Notes: generated by a model not told the origin, from the letters alone. 64,000 nucleotides of DNA from an uncultured Acidobacteriota bacterium (GCA_963785755.1 CAWAXG010000068.1:46594-110593); one strand, 5' to 3'. Counted from the stretch's first letter, positions 21,211-30,820 are shown. Made by a program: numbers and translations.

Positions 21211-22419
21211 ATGATCAAGTTGAGCGGCTTCTGGAGAGTGACTGCGGTCACTGCCGCCGTCGTCGTCGCAGGCGCGACGATGGCCGGCGCTCAGGAGCCG
21301 GAATCACGCGCGGCGGCGATTGCTGCCGAGCAGGCGGAGAAAGCGGCAAAGCTGGCGCCCTATGTACCCAGCGGCGCCGAGCGATTGCTGACCCGTGTCC
21401 GTGAGAAGCTGCTCGAGTCTCCATCGGGCTTCTATCCCTGGTTTGGCAGCGTGTATGGCGGTGGCGGCTTCACGCTCGGCGCCGGGTACCGGCGGTTCTA
21501 CGGGGACCGCACGAGATGGGACCTCGGCGGCATGTACTCGCTGAAAAGCTACAAGCTGCTCGAACTGAGCACGTCGTCGCTCGGCCACGCCACGGGCCGT
21601 CTCGATCTTTACGGGCGGGTCGGCTGGAGAGACGCGACGCAGGTCGCGTATCACGGTCTCGGCATCGACAGTCCAGAGGATGGCAGCAACTTCCGCATGA
21701 AGCAGCTGTACACCGGCGGCAATCTCGGTCTGCGTCCCGTTCCCTGGGTGGTGTTCGGCGCCGGCATGATGCTCGAGGACTTCACCCTCGAGGAAGGTCA
21801 AGGGGCCGACCCGTCGATCGAGACGATACACACGCCAGACACCGCGCCAGGTCTCGGGGCGAATCCAACCTTCCTGCACGCGACCGGGTCAGCCGGCATC
21901 GACTGGCGTCCCTCACCCGGCTACGCCCGGCGCGGAGGTCTCTACGAAATCTCGTACCACAACTACGCCGATCGCGACAGCACCCACAGCTTCGATCGCG
22001 TCGACGCCGAGATCGTCCAGCACGTGCCGATCCTTCGCGAAAACTGGGTAATCTCGCTGCACGGCCGTCTCCAGTCCACTCTCGATGACGAGGATATCGT
22101 GCCGTACTTCCTGCTGCCGGCGCTCGGCAGCGGCAGCACCCTGCGCGGCTATACCAGCTGGCGCTTTCGCGATCGGCAGAGCCTTCTCCTGTCGGGAGAA
22201 TGGCGCTGGATTCCGAACCGGCTCGGCCTGGACATGGCCATCTTCTATGACACCGGGAAGGTCACCAGCCGTTTTCGGGAGTTGAGTCTCGACGGCATGA
22301 AGAGCAACGTCGGCGTCGGGGTTCGCTTCCACGGCCCTCTCTCCACGCCGCTGCGGATCGAGCTCGCGCGTGGCAGTGAAGGATTCAATCTCGTGTTCTC
22401 CGGAAGTGCGGCATTCTGA
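21211..22419 (+). CDS. Omp85/BamA-type outer-membrane beta-barrel (surface antigen D15 family), no obvious POTRA
   Basis: ATG 21211 preceded by AAGGAGGG. Signal peptide ending in AGAQE. C-terminal barrel motifs (GSTLRGY, VGVGVRF) and terminal F. Confidence 0.75.
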   Translation: MIKLSGFWRVTAVTAAVVVAGATMAGAQEPESRAAAIAAEQAEKAAKLAPYVPSGAERLLTRVREKLLESPSGFYPWFGSVYGGGGFTLGAGYRRFYGDRTRWDLGGMYSLKSYKLLELSTSSLGHATGRLDLYGRVGWRDATQVAYHGLGIDSPEDGSNFRMKQLYTGGNLGLRPVPWVVFGAGMMLEDFTLEEGQGADPSIETIHTPDTAPGLGANPTFLHATGSAGIDWRPSPGYARRGGLYEISYHNYADRDSTHSFDRVDAEIVQHVPILRENWVISLHGRLQSTLDDEDIVPYFLLPALGSGSTLRGYTSWRFRDRQSLLLSGEWRWIPNRLGLDMAIFYDTGKVTSRFRELSLDGMKSNVGVGVRFHGPLSTPLRIELARGSEGFNLVFSGSAAF

Positions 22420-22454
22420 TTCCGGCGACACTCACACAGGAGCAACGCACGGCC

Positions 22455-24134
22455 GTGACTGTTCTGACCCGCACTCTCACCTTGACCCTCGCGCTCTCGA
22501 GCGCGCTCGCGGCCATCACCCTGCCGATCTCTGGCGCCGGACGGAAGTTCTACAACGACGATCCGCTCGCGCGCGAGCCGGAAACGCAGGACGCGTCGGC
22601 GGCCCAGGAGCAGGAGATCGACCTCTTCTTCGATCTCGCGCTCAATCTCTTCGGGAATCCTGGCGATCGGACGCCAGACGTCCGGGCGCGCAACGTCAAC
22701 ACGATCGACGAGGTCCCGGACTCAGGCTGGTTCACGAACCGCATACTTGCCCGGCCGGTGACCACCGCCGAGGCCACGCGCGGCCCGCTCACCAACGACG
22801 GTCCCGTGCCCGGCGTCTGGTCGGTCACGCGCCCGAAGGAAGTCGGATTCGCGCCTGGATTCACGATGCAGGATTCGAAGGGGACGACGTGGTTCGTGTC
22901 GTTCGATGCCCGCGGGTACCCCGAAGCGGCGACGGGTGCTCTCCTCGTGGCGAACAAGATCTTCTGGACACTCGGCTACTGGCAGGTCGAAAACTACCTC
23001 ATTACCGTACAACCTGATCAGCTGGTCGTCGCCGACACCGCGACCATCCGCCCACCGTCCAACATCGTCCGCCGGATGAAAGCGAGCGATCTCGAGGATG
23101 TGCTGCGGCGGGCCCACCGCAACGCCGACGGAACGTATCGGGCGGTCGCCGCGCGTGCCGTGCCCGGCAAACCCCTGGGCGGCTTCCGCTATCACGGCAC
23201 CCGCCCCGACGATCCGAATGACGTGGTGCCGCACGAGCACCGCCGCGAGCTCAGGGCGCTCAAGGTCTTCGGCGCGTGGACCAACCTCGTGGACATGAAA
23301 GCCGGGAATACTCTCGACGTGCTGGTCACGGACGGCGGCCGCAGCGTCGTCCGCCACTATCTTCAGGACGTCGGATCGACGTTCGGCACCGGCGCGAACG
23401 GACCGCGCGAGTACGACGAGGGATGGGAATACCTCTATGAGGGCGACCTGACCAGGAAGCGTCTCTTCCGCATGGGGTTCTACTTCCACCCGTGGCAGAC
23501 CGTGCGCTACGACGAGTACCCATCGATAGGACGCTTCGAGGCCGGCTACTTCGATCCGTTGGAGTGGCGTCCCAGAGTGCCCACGGCGGCACTCCGGCAC
23601 ACGCGGGCGGACGATACGTTCTGGGCGGCGCGGCGCGTCATGGCGTTCTCCGACGAGCTGATCCGCGCTATCGTGAAGACCGGCGCCTACAGCGATCCGA
23701 ATGCAGAGGCACATCTCGTCGAGATGCTCATCCAGCGGCGGGACAAGATCGGCTTCACCTATCTGGCCGCGATCAACCCGGCCGTCAACTTTGCCCTCGA
23801 CGACAGCGGCCGCCTGACGTTCGTGAATGCGGCGGTCGCGGCCGGTGTGGCCAAGCCACCGGCCGGTGGCTATATGGTCCAGTGGTCGACGTTCGACAAC
23901 AACACTGGCACGGCTTCGGCGATCGGCTCGCCGACCGCCGTCAGCACGACGGAGTCGCGTGCGCCTGGGGCACTTCCGGGCGCCGGCTTCTTGAAACTCG
24001 GGATCAGCGCAGTTCAGTCGGAACACGCGTCGTGGGCGACGCCGGTCGATGTCTACTTCCGCCGCGCGGCGGCCGGCTGGTCGCTCGTCGGCGTGGATCG
24101 CCTGCCCACGGTCGCGGCGAAGCCGCAGTCATGA
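22455..24134 (+). CDS. Secreted hypothetical protein with protein-kinase-like catalytic-loop motifs
   Basis: Signal peptide MTVLTRTLTLTLALSSALAAITLPISG. VFGAWTNLVDMKAGN (D-x-K-x-x-N, D at 23292-23294), followed 25 aa later by QDVGSTFG (DFG-like, D at 23367-23369). Confidence 0.7.
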   Translation: MTVLTRTLTLTLALSSALAAITLPISGAGRKFYNDDPLAREPETQDASAAQEQEIDLFFDLALNLFGNPGDRTPDVRARNVNTIDEVPDSGWFTNRILARPVTTAEATRGPLTNDGPVPGVWSVTRPKEVGFAPGFTMQDSKGTTWFVSFDARGYPEAATGALLVANKIFWTLGYWQVENYLITVQPDQLVVADTATIRPPSNIVRRMKASDLEDVLRRAHRNADGTYRAVAARAVPGKPLGGFRYHGTRPDDPNDVVPHEHRRELRALKVFGAWTNLVDMKAGNTLDVLVTDGGRSVVRHYLQDVGSTFGTGANGPREYDEGWEYLYEGDLTRKRLFRMGFYFHPWQTVRYDEYPSIGRFEAGYFDPLEWRPRVPTAALRHTRADDTFWAARRVMAFSDELIRAIVKTGAYSDPNAEAHLVEMLIQRRDKIGFTYLAAINPAVNFALDDSGRLTFVNAAVAAGVAKPPAGGYMVQWSTFDNNTGTASAIGSPTAVSTTESRAPGALPGAGFLKLGISAVQSEHASWATPVDVYFRRAAAGWSLVGVDRLPTVAAKPQS

Positions 24135-24754
24135 GAGGATTACCGAAAATGAGATGTCGGCACAGGGCACGGACCGTTCTGATCGGGGTCTGCAGCCTGC
24201 TGGCTGTGGCGGCCGCGGCTCAGAAGATCAGCGTCGATTCGCACCGCGACGACCGCGCGGATTTTTCGAAGATCCAGACCTATACCTGGCTGCCGACGCC
24301 GCCGGCGAAGACGAATATCGCCCCGGATGCCGTGACGAATCCGAACATGTCCCAGAAAGTCCTCGGCCCTCACATCATCGCCGCCGTGGATCGGCAGTTG
24401 ACACTTCGCGGACTGAAGCGCATCGAAGAGGGACAACCGGATATCAAGGTGGTCTACTACGCGTCTCTCAACGTCAACGTGAGCGCGGCCGAACTGGGCA
24501 GCTACTACCAATACACCACCGGATGGGCGACGCTGCCGCTCGGAGCCGCGCCCACATCGAGCTTCGAGATCCTCGAACGTGGCACGATCGTCATCGATGT
24601 GATCGCGCCCGGCTCGAACACCGCGATCTGGCGGGGAACCGTCGCCACGAACGTCGATCACGAGAACACGCACGAGAAGCGGGTCGAGCGGATCAATGAG
24701 GCCATGACCCGCGTGTTCGAGCGGTTTCCGGTCCGGCCTGCTCGCCAGCGCTGA
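24131..24754 (+). CDS. DUF4136-family lipoprotein/secreted protein
   Basis: ATG 24131 overlaps the upstream stop (ATGA). Signal peptide and FSKIQTYTWLP motif. Paralogue of 10217..10714. Confidence 0.75.
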   Translation: MRGLPKMRCRHRARTVLIGVCSLLAVAAAAQKISVDSHRDDRADFSKIQTYTWLPTPPAKTNIAPDAVTNPNMSQKVLGPHIIAAVDRQLTLRGLKRIEEGQPDIKVVYYASLNVNVSAAELGSYYQYTTGWATLPLGAAPTSSFEILERGTIVIDVIAPGSNTAIWRGTVATNVDHENTHEKRVERINEAMTRVFERFPVRPARQR

Positions 24755-24774
24755 GTTCGGGGGAGACACGGCCG

Positions 24775-26266
24775 ATGTCGTCCTTTCGGCGCATGCCCCA
24801 TCACCGTGTTGTGGCCGTCATGCTGACGGTCCTGGCGTTCACGGTCCAGGCACGCGCGCAGCAACCCGCGGCCTCCACCGGCCCGCAGACGCCAACCGAT
24901 GCGGCCGGCTTGTCACGCCTGATTCTCGAGCAGCGGCAGATCCTCGACGCGCAGACTCGTTTGATCGAGGAACTGACGAAGCGGCTCGACGAGACCAGCA
25001 AGACGGTCGCGGAAAGCCAGCGACGCATCGCCGAACTCGAGCAGAACGCATCGGCGTCGGCGCCACAGGTGCAGGAACGGCTCAAGGAGATCGAGCAGTC
25101 CATTCGCGTCCTGCCGGAGCTGGCCGCGAAGGAACTGAAAGAAACCACCGAGTTTCCCGGATCGTTCAAGATTCCTGGATCCGAGGCGTCGATCCGCTTC
25201 GGCGGGCAGGTGCGAACCCTGCTCGGTACGCAACATCGGGGCGCTCGGTACCGAGGATCGGTTCGTCACATCCTCGATCCCGATCGAAGGCACACCCGAA
25301 GCCGGCAAGCCCTCACGGACGACGCTCACGGCGAACCCGAGCCGGCTCGAGACCGACTTTCGAACGCCGACCGCTGTGGGGCCCCTTCGCGCATTTCTCT
25401 CGGGCGATTTCGCCGGCAGCAATCGCAGCTATCGCCTGCGCCATGCGTTCGGGCAGTGGCGGGGATTCCTGATCGGTCACACCTGGTCGGCATTCTCCGA
25501 TCCCGAGGCGGAGCCCGATGGCCTGGACTTCGAAGGACTGAACGCGATTTCGTTGTTCCGCCAGCCTGGGATTCGCTGGACGCATCCGTTCGGCAGCCGC
25601 TACGAGCTTGCGTTCGCGCTCGAGAATCCGTCGCCCGACATCACCGGCGCGTCGGGCGTCAATCAGGTTCCCGACGTCATCGCACGCGTGCGATTCAACG
25701 CCGAGGAGAAGCCTTCCGCCAATCGCATCCTCTTCCGTGGCGGGGGCCATACACAGGCGGCGTTGCTGTTCAGACAGCTGCGCGGCGAGCCGAACGATCT
25801 GCCCAATCACATCCTGTCCACTGGAGGGATCGGCGTCCATTTCAGCGGCCGCCTGCACGCTCCGTGGAGGAGCCAGGATTTTCTCAAGTTCGCGACCGCT
25901 GCCGGAACGGGGATCGGACGGTACATCACCGATCTGGGCACCCTCGGCGGTCAGGATGCCGTTTACGACGCCGAGGGAAATCGGCTCATCGCGCTGCCCG
26001 TCTACTCGACGTACATCGGCTATGAACACTGGTGGACGGAGGCGCTGCGCTCGACCGCGACCTTCGGCGCCGTGTTCGTCGACAACCTCGAGATTCAGGC
26101 GGCCGACGCGCTGCATCAGACCACCCGGGCCAGCTTCAACCTTTCCTGGTCACCGATTCCGAGGATCGATCTGATTGCCGAGTTCCTCTCGGGACGCCGG
26201 GTCAACAAGGATCGCCAGGATGGCCACGCCGGTCAGCTGCAGCTCGGGTGGATTTTTCGATTCTGA
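24775..26266 (+). pseudogene. DcaP-like outer-membrane porin (N-terminal coiled coil + barrel), one frameshift
   Basis: ORF 24775..26025 gives the signal peptide, coiled coil and IRFGGQVRTLL. Frame 2 then continues from 25226 with VRNIGALGTEDRF... through ORF 25376..26266, ending in GWIFRF. The junction is at CTCGGTAC 25222-25229, and deleting one G restores the frame. Confidence 0.8.
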
Positions 26267-26370
26267 AGATTGCCGGCGGGCCGGCCAAATCCACGAGCCA
26301 CTGAGCCCGATCACAAAATGCCGTGATCTCCCCTGACTCCGCGGCGGGTCGATCAATACTCAAGAGTCAT

Positions 26371-26966
26371 ATGGATCCGATGTTCGTTCCCGATGTCGAA
26401 CGCAACCCGCAACCTGGACCCTACCGGGCGCTGATCGAGCAGATGCAGGCGCAAGGCGCCGAGTATCCCCAGATCTGGCACCTCTTCGCCTATCTGCCGT
26501 CGGCGACCGAGCATCTCGCGCGCTTCACGCAGCAGATCCTTCGTGGTCCGGCGCCGCTCAGTCCCGGCCTGCGCGAGCTGATCGCGGCCTATACGTCGCA
26601 GCGCAACCACTGCCCGTTTTGACTGAAGTCGCACGCCGCAGTTGCGGCGGAACTGCTTGGCGATGCCGCGCTCGTGGAGTCGGTCATGACCGACCTCGAG
26701 ACGTCGTCGCTGGACGAGCGGCACAAGGCGCTGTTCCGGTTCATCGACAAGGTGAACCACGATTCGCCGCGAATCACGCACGCCGATCTCGATACCGCGC
26801 GCGCCGCCGGCTGGGACGATGAAGCGCTGTACTTCGCCATCACCGTCTGCGCCCTGTTCAATTTCTACAATCGCTGGATCGATGCGACCGGTGTGCACGC
26901 CCTGTCCGACGAAGCACACCGGCAGGGAGGCAAACGCTCGGCGCAGTACGGTACGTTCGCAGCTGA
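26371..26966 (+). CDS. AhpD/carboxymuconolactone-decarboxylase-like peroxidase-related protein, candidate selenoprotein (TGA 26620-26622 read as Sec); 3' end needs a frame correction
   Basis: ORFs 26323..26622 and 26674..27282 share one frame and are separated only by TGA. The TGA sits where the second Cys of the CxxC motif belongs (NH-C-P-F-TGA-L-K-S-H). A hairpin lies 11 nt downstream. The uncorrected frame runs on to 27282 over the convergent gene. An alternative frame gives ...QYGYVRS-TGA at 26964-26966, which matches the family length of about 195 aa. Confidence 0.7.
26627..26654 (+). promoter_or_regulatory. Candidate bacterial SECIS stem-loop
   Basis: Stem CGCCGC (26634-26639), loop AGTT, stem GCGGCG (26644-26649). 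Extended by C26632:G26650 with A26633 bulged, and by AGT26627-29:ACT26652-54. The upper stem starts exactly 11 nt after the UGA and the loop contains GU. Confidence 0.55.
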
Positions 26967-27004
26967 TCGCGGACCGTTCCGGCTCGGGGCGGTGGCGGAT
27001 CGGT

Positions 27005-28930
27005 TCAGTTCCGAGGCAGCGCGTACACGACGATTCCGATCGGTCCCGAGCCGGCTGGCGGGTTCGGGCCAGGGGCGCCACCGCGTTGTCCGCCGCCCCC
27101 TCGACCACCGGCAGTGGAGGCCGTCACGAGCAGGTACTGGCGGCCGCCAAGCTCGTACATCGACGGCCCGCCCGTCGACAACCCACCGAGCTGCAACTCC
27201 GATAACTGCCGGCCGCTGCTGCTGTCGTAGATGTGCACCTTGCGATCGGCAGCGGTGGCGAACAGGAGTCCTGTTGCCGTGACGATGAGGCCTCCTTTGA
27301 TGCTCGCGGCCGTACCCGTTCCTGACACACCCTGACCGACGAGGCGCAGATCATCGCCGAGCCCGATCTGCCATTTGATCGTGCCTTCGTTGAGATCGTA
27401 GGCCGTCAACGTCGTGTACGGCGGTTTGACGATCGTCGGGTAGAGCCCGAACCCCTCGGTGACGTACCGGCCTTCCTTGACCACGTCCTGCTGGCCACCC
27501 CGTCCGGCGCGCGTCTCGCCCGGTTTCATCAGCCGGATGATCGTGGGAACGTTGAAGCCGATGACATAGACGCTGCCGTCCGACGGGTGGCCGGCGGTGC
27601 TGCCCCAGTTCGATCCGCCCTGATTGCCCGGCATGTGGATCACGTCCTCGAACCCAATCGGTGTGAATGGGCCGTCGTTCCTGGCCTTCAGGATGCGCTG
27701 CCTGAACTGCTCGCGCTCCTCGGGCGTCAGGATGTACGGATTCAGATCCTCCACCGTGAACTTCTGCCGCGAGAAGGGGGGCGGTGCCGTCGGAAACGGC
27801 TGCGTCGGCCAGAGGCTCTCACCGGGCACCGTCGTGCTCTGCGGCACGGGGCGCTCCTCGATCGGCCAGATCGGCTGACCGGTGACTCGATCGAACACGT
27901 ACAGGTAGCCGGTCTTGCTGGCCATCGCGACTACGTCAACCGTCCGGCCGTTGTGGCGGATGGTCGTCAGCTGCGGAGAGGAATTGTTGTCGAGGTCCCA
28001 GATGTCATGGTGGACGGTCTGGAAGTGCCAGAGGCGTTTGCCGGTCCTGACATCGAGGGCGATGAGGCAGTCGGCGAAGAGGTTGGCTCCTTTCCGGTTG
28101 CCGCCGTAGAAGTTGTACTTGGCGCTGCCGGTCGGCACGTAGATGATGCCGCGCTTCTCGTCGATCGACTGCTCACCCCAGTTGTTCGCGCCGCCGACGG
28201 TCTTCCAGGCATCCTCGGGCCAGGTGTCGTAGCCGAACTCGCCGGGGCGGGGAACGGTGTGAAAGGTCCACACCAGCGCGCCCGTGCGTACGTCGAACGC
28301 GCGAATGTCTCCCGGCGCCGACGCATACTCCTGGTTGGTCGCCGATCCCATGACGATGAGATTCTCGAAGACCCGTCCCGGTGTCCGGGTCTGCTGGTTG
28401 ATCGTCGCCGGATCGCGGTCCAGACCGACCCGGAGATCGACCTTCCCGTTGACGCCGAACGAGGTTATCGGCTCGCCGGTGAGCGCATCGAGCTCCTGGA
28501 GGAAGTTGCTCGCGCTGAAGATCAGCCGGCGATCCTTCCCGTCCTTGCTCTCCCAGTAGTTCACGCCGCGGCTGTTGAAGTTCTCCACACCCTCGTGGAT
28601 CCAGATCTGCTTGCCGGTTGCCGCGTCGAGCGCAACGAAGGACCCGTTCGGCCCGCGGCCGTAGACCGTGCCGCGTACGACGAGAGGATTGAAGTCGGTC
28701 TGGCCGGCCGGATAGACCCAGGCGACCTCCAGCCGGTTGACGTTCGCCTTGGTGATCTCGGTTGCGGCGACGAACCGTGAGCTATCCGCACCACCGGCGT
28801 AATCGCGCCATTCGCGTGGGCCCTGACCGGACACCGCCAGTCCGGACGCGACCGCCAGCGCCAGGATCATGGCTCCCTTTCCGAAACCGGCCGTACTCCG
28901 TGGTGTGGACAAATCCCGTTCACTGCCCAT
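27005..28930 (-). CDS. PQQ-dependent dehydrogenase (quinoprotein, beta-propeller)
   Basis: Signal peptide. Repeated W-containing propeller motifs (LEVAWVY, ALDAATGKQIWIH, ALDVRTGKRLWHF, AYDLNEGTIKWQ). Confidence 0.85.
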   Translation of the reverse strand: MGSERDLSTPRSTAGFGKGAMILALAVASGLAVSGQGPREWRDYAGGADSSRFVAATEITKANVNRLEVAWVYPAGQTDFNPLVVRGTVYGRGPNGSFVALDAATGKQIWIHEGVENFNSRGVNYWESKDGKDRRLIFSASNFLQELDALTGEPITSFGVNGKVDLRVGLDRDPATINQQTRTPGRVFENLIVMGSATNQEYASAPGDIRAFDVRTGALVWTFHTVPRPGEFGYDTWPEDAWKTVGGANNWGEQSIDEKRGIIYVPTGSAKYNFYGGNRKGANLFADCLIALDVRTGKRLWHFQTVHHDIWDLDNNSSPQLTTIRHNGRTVDVVAMASKTGYLYVFDRVTGQPIWPIEERPVPQSTTVPGESLWPTQPFPTAPPPFSRQKFTVEDLNPYILTPEEREQFRQRILKARNDGPFTPIGFEDVIHMPGNQGGSNWGSTAGHPSDGSVYVIGFNVPTIIRLMKPGETRAGRGGQQDVVKEGRYVTEGFGLYPTIVKPPYTTLTAYDLNEGTIKWQIGLGDDLRLVGQGVSGTGTAASIKGGLIVTATGLLFATAADRKVHIYDSSSGRQLSELQLGGLSTGGPSMYELGGRQYLLVTASTAGGRGGGGQRGGAPGPNPPAGSGPIGIVVYALPRN

Positions 28931-29055
28931 CGACGCGTCCTCCTCAGGCGCCCGGGGCCGGACAAAGCATTCGCCCGGTCAAGCCTGGGCAACACTACAC
29001 CAGGACAGGTCGAGTGCGCTCGTCCGGGGTCGAGGGGCGCAGGTTGAAGAGGAAA

Positions 29056-29442
29056 TCAGAATTCGGTGGGCTCGATCAGCTGACATGCCTCGAGGCGGTT
29101 CCCGTCCAGATCCCAGAAGGTGAAGCATCGCAGCCGGGACAGGTCTCGCAGTTCGGAGGTCGCGACGCCACGAGCCATCAGCTCGGTCCGCTGGGCGGCC
29201 GCGTCGGTCGCTTCGAAGACCGGAAACGTGCTCGCCATGTCTGGTGCCGCGCCCACTTCGTCAGGTCGCAGCTGCCAGAGCGCCAGGGAATCACCGCGTC
29301 CCATGTCGAGCACGGCGATACCGGCGGCGCAATCTTCGAACAGAACACGGAAGCCGAGCCGCGTCCGGTACCACTCCACCGCCGCCGCGCGATCCTGAAC
29401 CCGTATCACGACGCTGTCTATCCGGTAGAACAACAGGAACAC
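29056..29442 (-). CDS. VOC/glyoxalase-family protein
   Basis: IDSVVIRVQDRAAAVEWYRTRLGF and FWDLDGNRLE motifs. GTG start. Confidence 0.75.
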   Translation of the reverse strand: MFLLFYRIDSVVIRVQDRAAAVEWYRTRLGFRVLFEDCAAGIAVLDMGRGDSLALWQLRPDEVGAAPDMASTFPVFEATDAAAQRTELMARGVATSELRDLSRLRCFTFWDLDGNRLEACQLIEPTEF

Positions 29443-29567
29443 CTACGCCGAAGACATGTTCGTGCAACGATCCGCAGATCGGCAGACCGCCGCAGGCCCC
29501 CGCCACTATAAGAGGGGCGTCCGCATGCGATATTGATTCGGATCAAACCGAGGCGCGGAAATGTCGG

Positions 29568-30290
29568 TTAAAGGGCCGCCGCGAGCTTCTCGAGCCGGCG
29601 CCGATCGACGATCCGCACGAGGTGGCGGCCCTCGAACTTGACGAATCCGCGCCGCTCGAGATCCGCTGAGGCCCGGCTCATGGCCTCGAGCGAGAGTGCG
29701 AGGAAGTCCGCGATGTCCGACCGGCTCATGACCAGCGGCACACGGTTCGGATCCGCATCGCGGCCGCCCAGGTGATCGCGAAGCATGATCAGGAACATTG
29801 CGAGCCGGCCGGCCGCGTCCCGCCGGCCGATCGCCATGGCCCGGCGCTGTGCTTCCCGGAGCTCGTGCGTGACCTTGCACAGGAAGGCGAGCTGCAGCTC
29901 GGGATCGCGCCGCAGCACCTCGGTGAGCGTGTCGAGCGGAAAACGGTACAGCGTCACCGGCGTGATCGCCTGGGTCGAGTTGACGTAGCGTCCGTTCTCG
30001 GCGAGTCCAAAGATGTCGCCGGGAAACAGGAACGTGGCGATCCGCCGCTTGCCGCTCGGCAGATCGCGGAACGACTTGACCGCTCCCTGCGAGTTCAGAA
30101 ACAGCCACCGCGCCGGCGATTCCGCTTCGAACAGGGTCATGCGCGCGGGCAGCCGAAGCCGTGTCGCGAGGTGCGTCAGCTGCTCACGCTGCGCGTCGGT
30201 CAGCAACGGGCCCGCCGGCGCGGACGTGCCGAGGAAGTGCGTCGCTCGAATCGAGAGCGTGCGATCGGCTGGTCCAGAGCGTTTGGTCAC
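29568..30290 (-). CDS. Crp/Fnr-family transcriptional regulator
   Basis: cNMP-binding-like N-terminal domain (LFPGDIFGL) and C-terminal HTH (SRSDIADFLALSLEAMSRASADLERRG). Confidence 0.88.
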   Translation of the reverse strand: MTKRSGPADRTLSIRATHFLGTSAPAGPLLTDAQREQLTHLATRLRLPARMTLFEAESPARWLFLNSQGAVKSFRDLPSGKRRIATFLFPGDIFGLAENGRYVNSTQAITPVTLYRFPLDTLTEVLRRDPELQLAFLCKVTHELREAQRRAMAIGRRDAAGRLAMFLIMLRDHLGGRDADPNRVPLVMSRSDIADFLALSLEAMSRASADLERRGFVKFEGRHLVRIVDRRRLEKLAAAL

Positions 30291-30687
30291 TGGTCACCCT
30301 CAGCCCCGATGTCTCAGCTCATCCAAAGGGGGATACGTCGAAGATTACTGCATTGTGCGGCTGCGCTTGAAGCCCGAAGTGCAGGCAAGGAATGCGTCGT
30401 GATTAACAGGGAGGAAGGGAGGGAAAATCAGGGATCGTTGATGCTGTAGCGATAGGAAACCTTGTCGGGTGCGACGACCTGGATTTCATGATTCGTGACG
30501 TTGGTCGTCCCGGTGGGTACGCCCGTCAGCAGGACGCCACTCTGGCCACGCAGCGATGAAGACGTGATGGAGGCGAAGAGGATCGCGACGAACAGCAGCA
30601 GGCGACTGCGGAGAAGCCGCGAGGAAGTGTGCCACTGTCGGAGAGGATGCCTGCACGCGTGTCGTGTTTTCGGCCGGATGCCTGACC

Positions 30688-30727
30688 TTAAACAAAACGG
30701 CCCTGAACAGGCATGCTGTTCAGGGCC
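30688..30727 (-). terminator. Rho-independent terminator after tRNA-Pro (T-rich runs on both sides, possibly bidirectional)
   Basis: 12-bp perfect stem GGCCCTGAACAG / CTGTTCAGGGCC (30699-30710 / 30716-30727). On the minus strand it is followed by GTTTTGTTT. On the plus strand it is followed by GGATTTTGATT. Confidence 0.8.
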
Positions 30728-30737
30728 GGATTTTGAT

Positions 30738-30814
30738 TGGTCGGGATGACAGGATTCGAACCTGCGACCCCCTGACCCCCAGTCAGGTGCGCTACCAGGC
30801 TGCGCTACATCCCG
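30738..30814 (-). tRNA. tRNA-Pro (anticodon GGG)
   Basis: The reverse complement folds as a cloverleaf: acceptor CGGGATG/CATCCCG, D-arm GCGC-AGCCTGGTA-GCGC, anticodon arm CCTGA-CTGGGGG-TCAGG, T-arm with GTTCGAAT, and an encoded CCA. 77 nt. Confidence 0.95.
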
Positions 30815-30820
30815 AATCGC

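Noticed and set aside
30430-30660. Minus-strand reading frame encoding a signal-peptide-like small protein (…RLLRSRLLLFVAILFASITSSS…VSYRYSINDP-stop) between crp and tRNA-Pro.
   Set aside because: No ATG/GTG/TTG start is in a sensible position (which is why it is absent from the ORF track), there is no RBS, and it matches no recognisable family. It could be real only with a non-canonical start.
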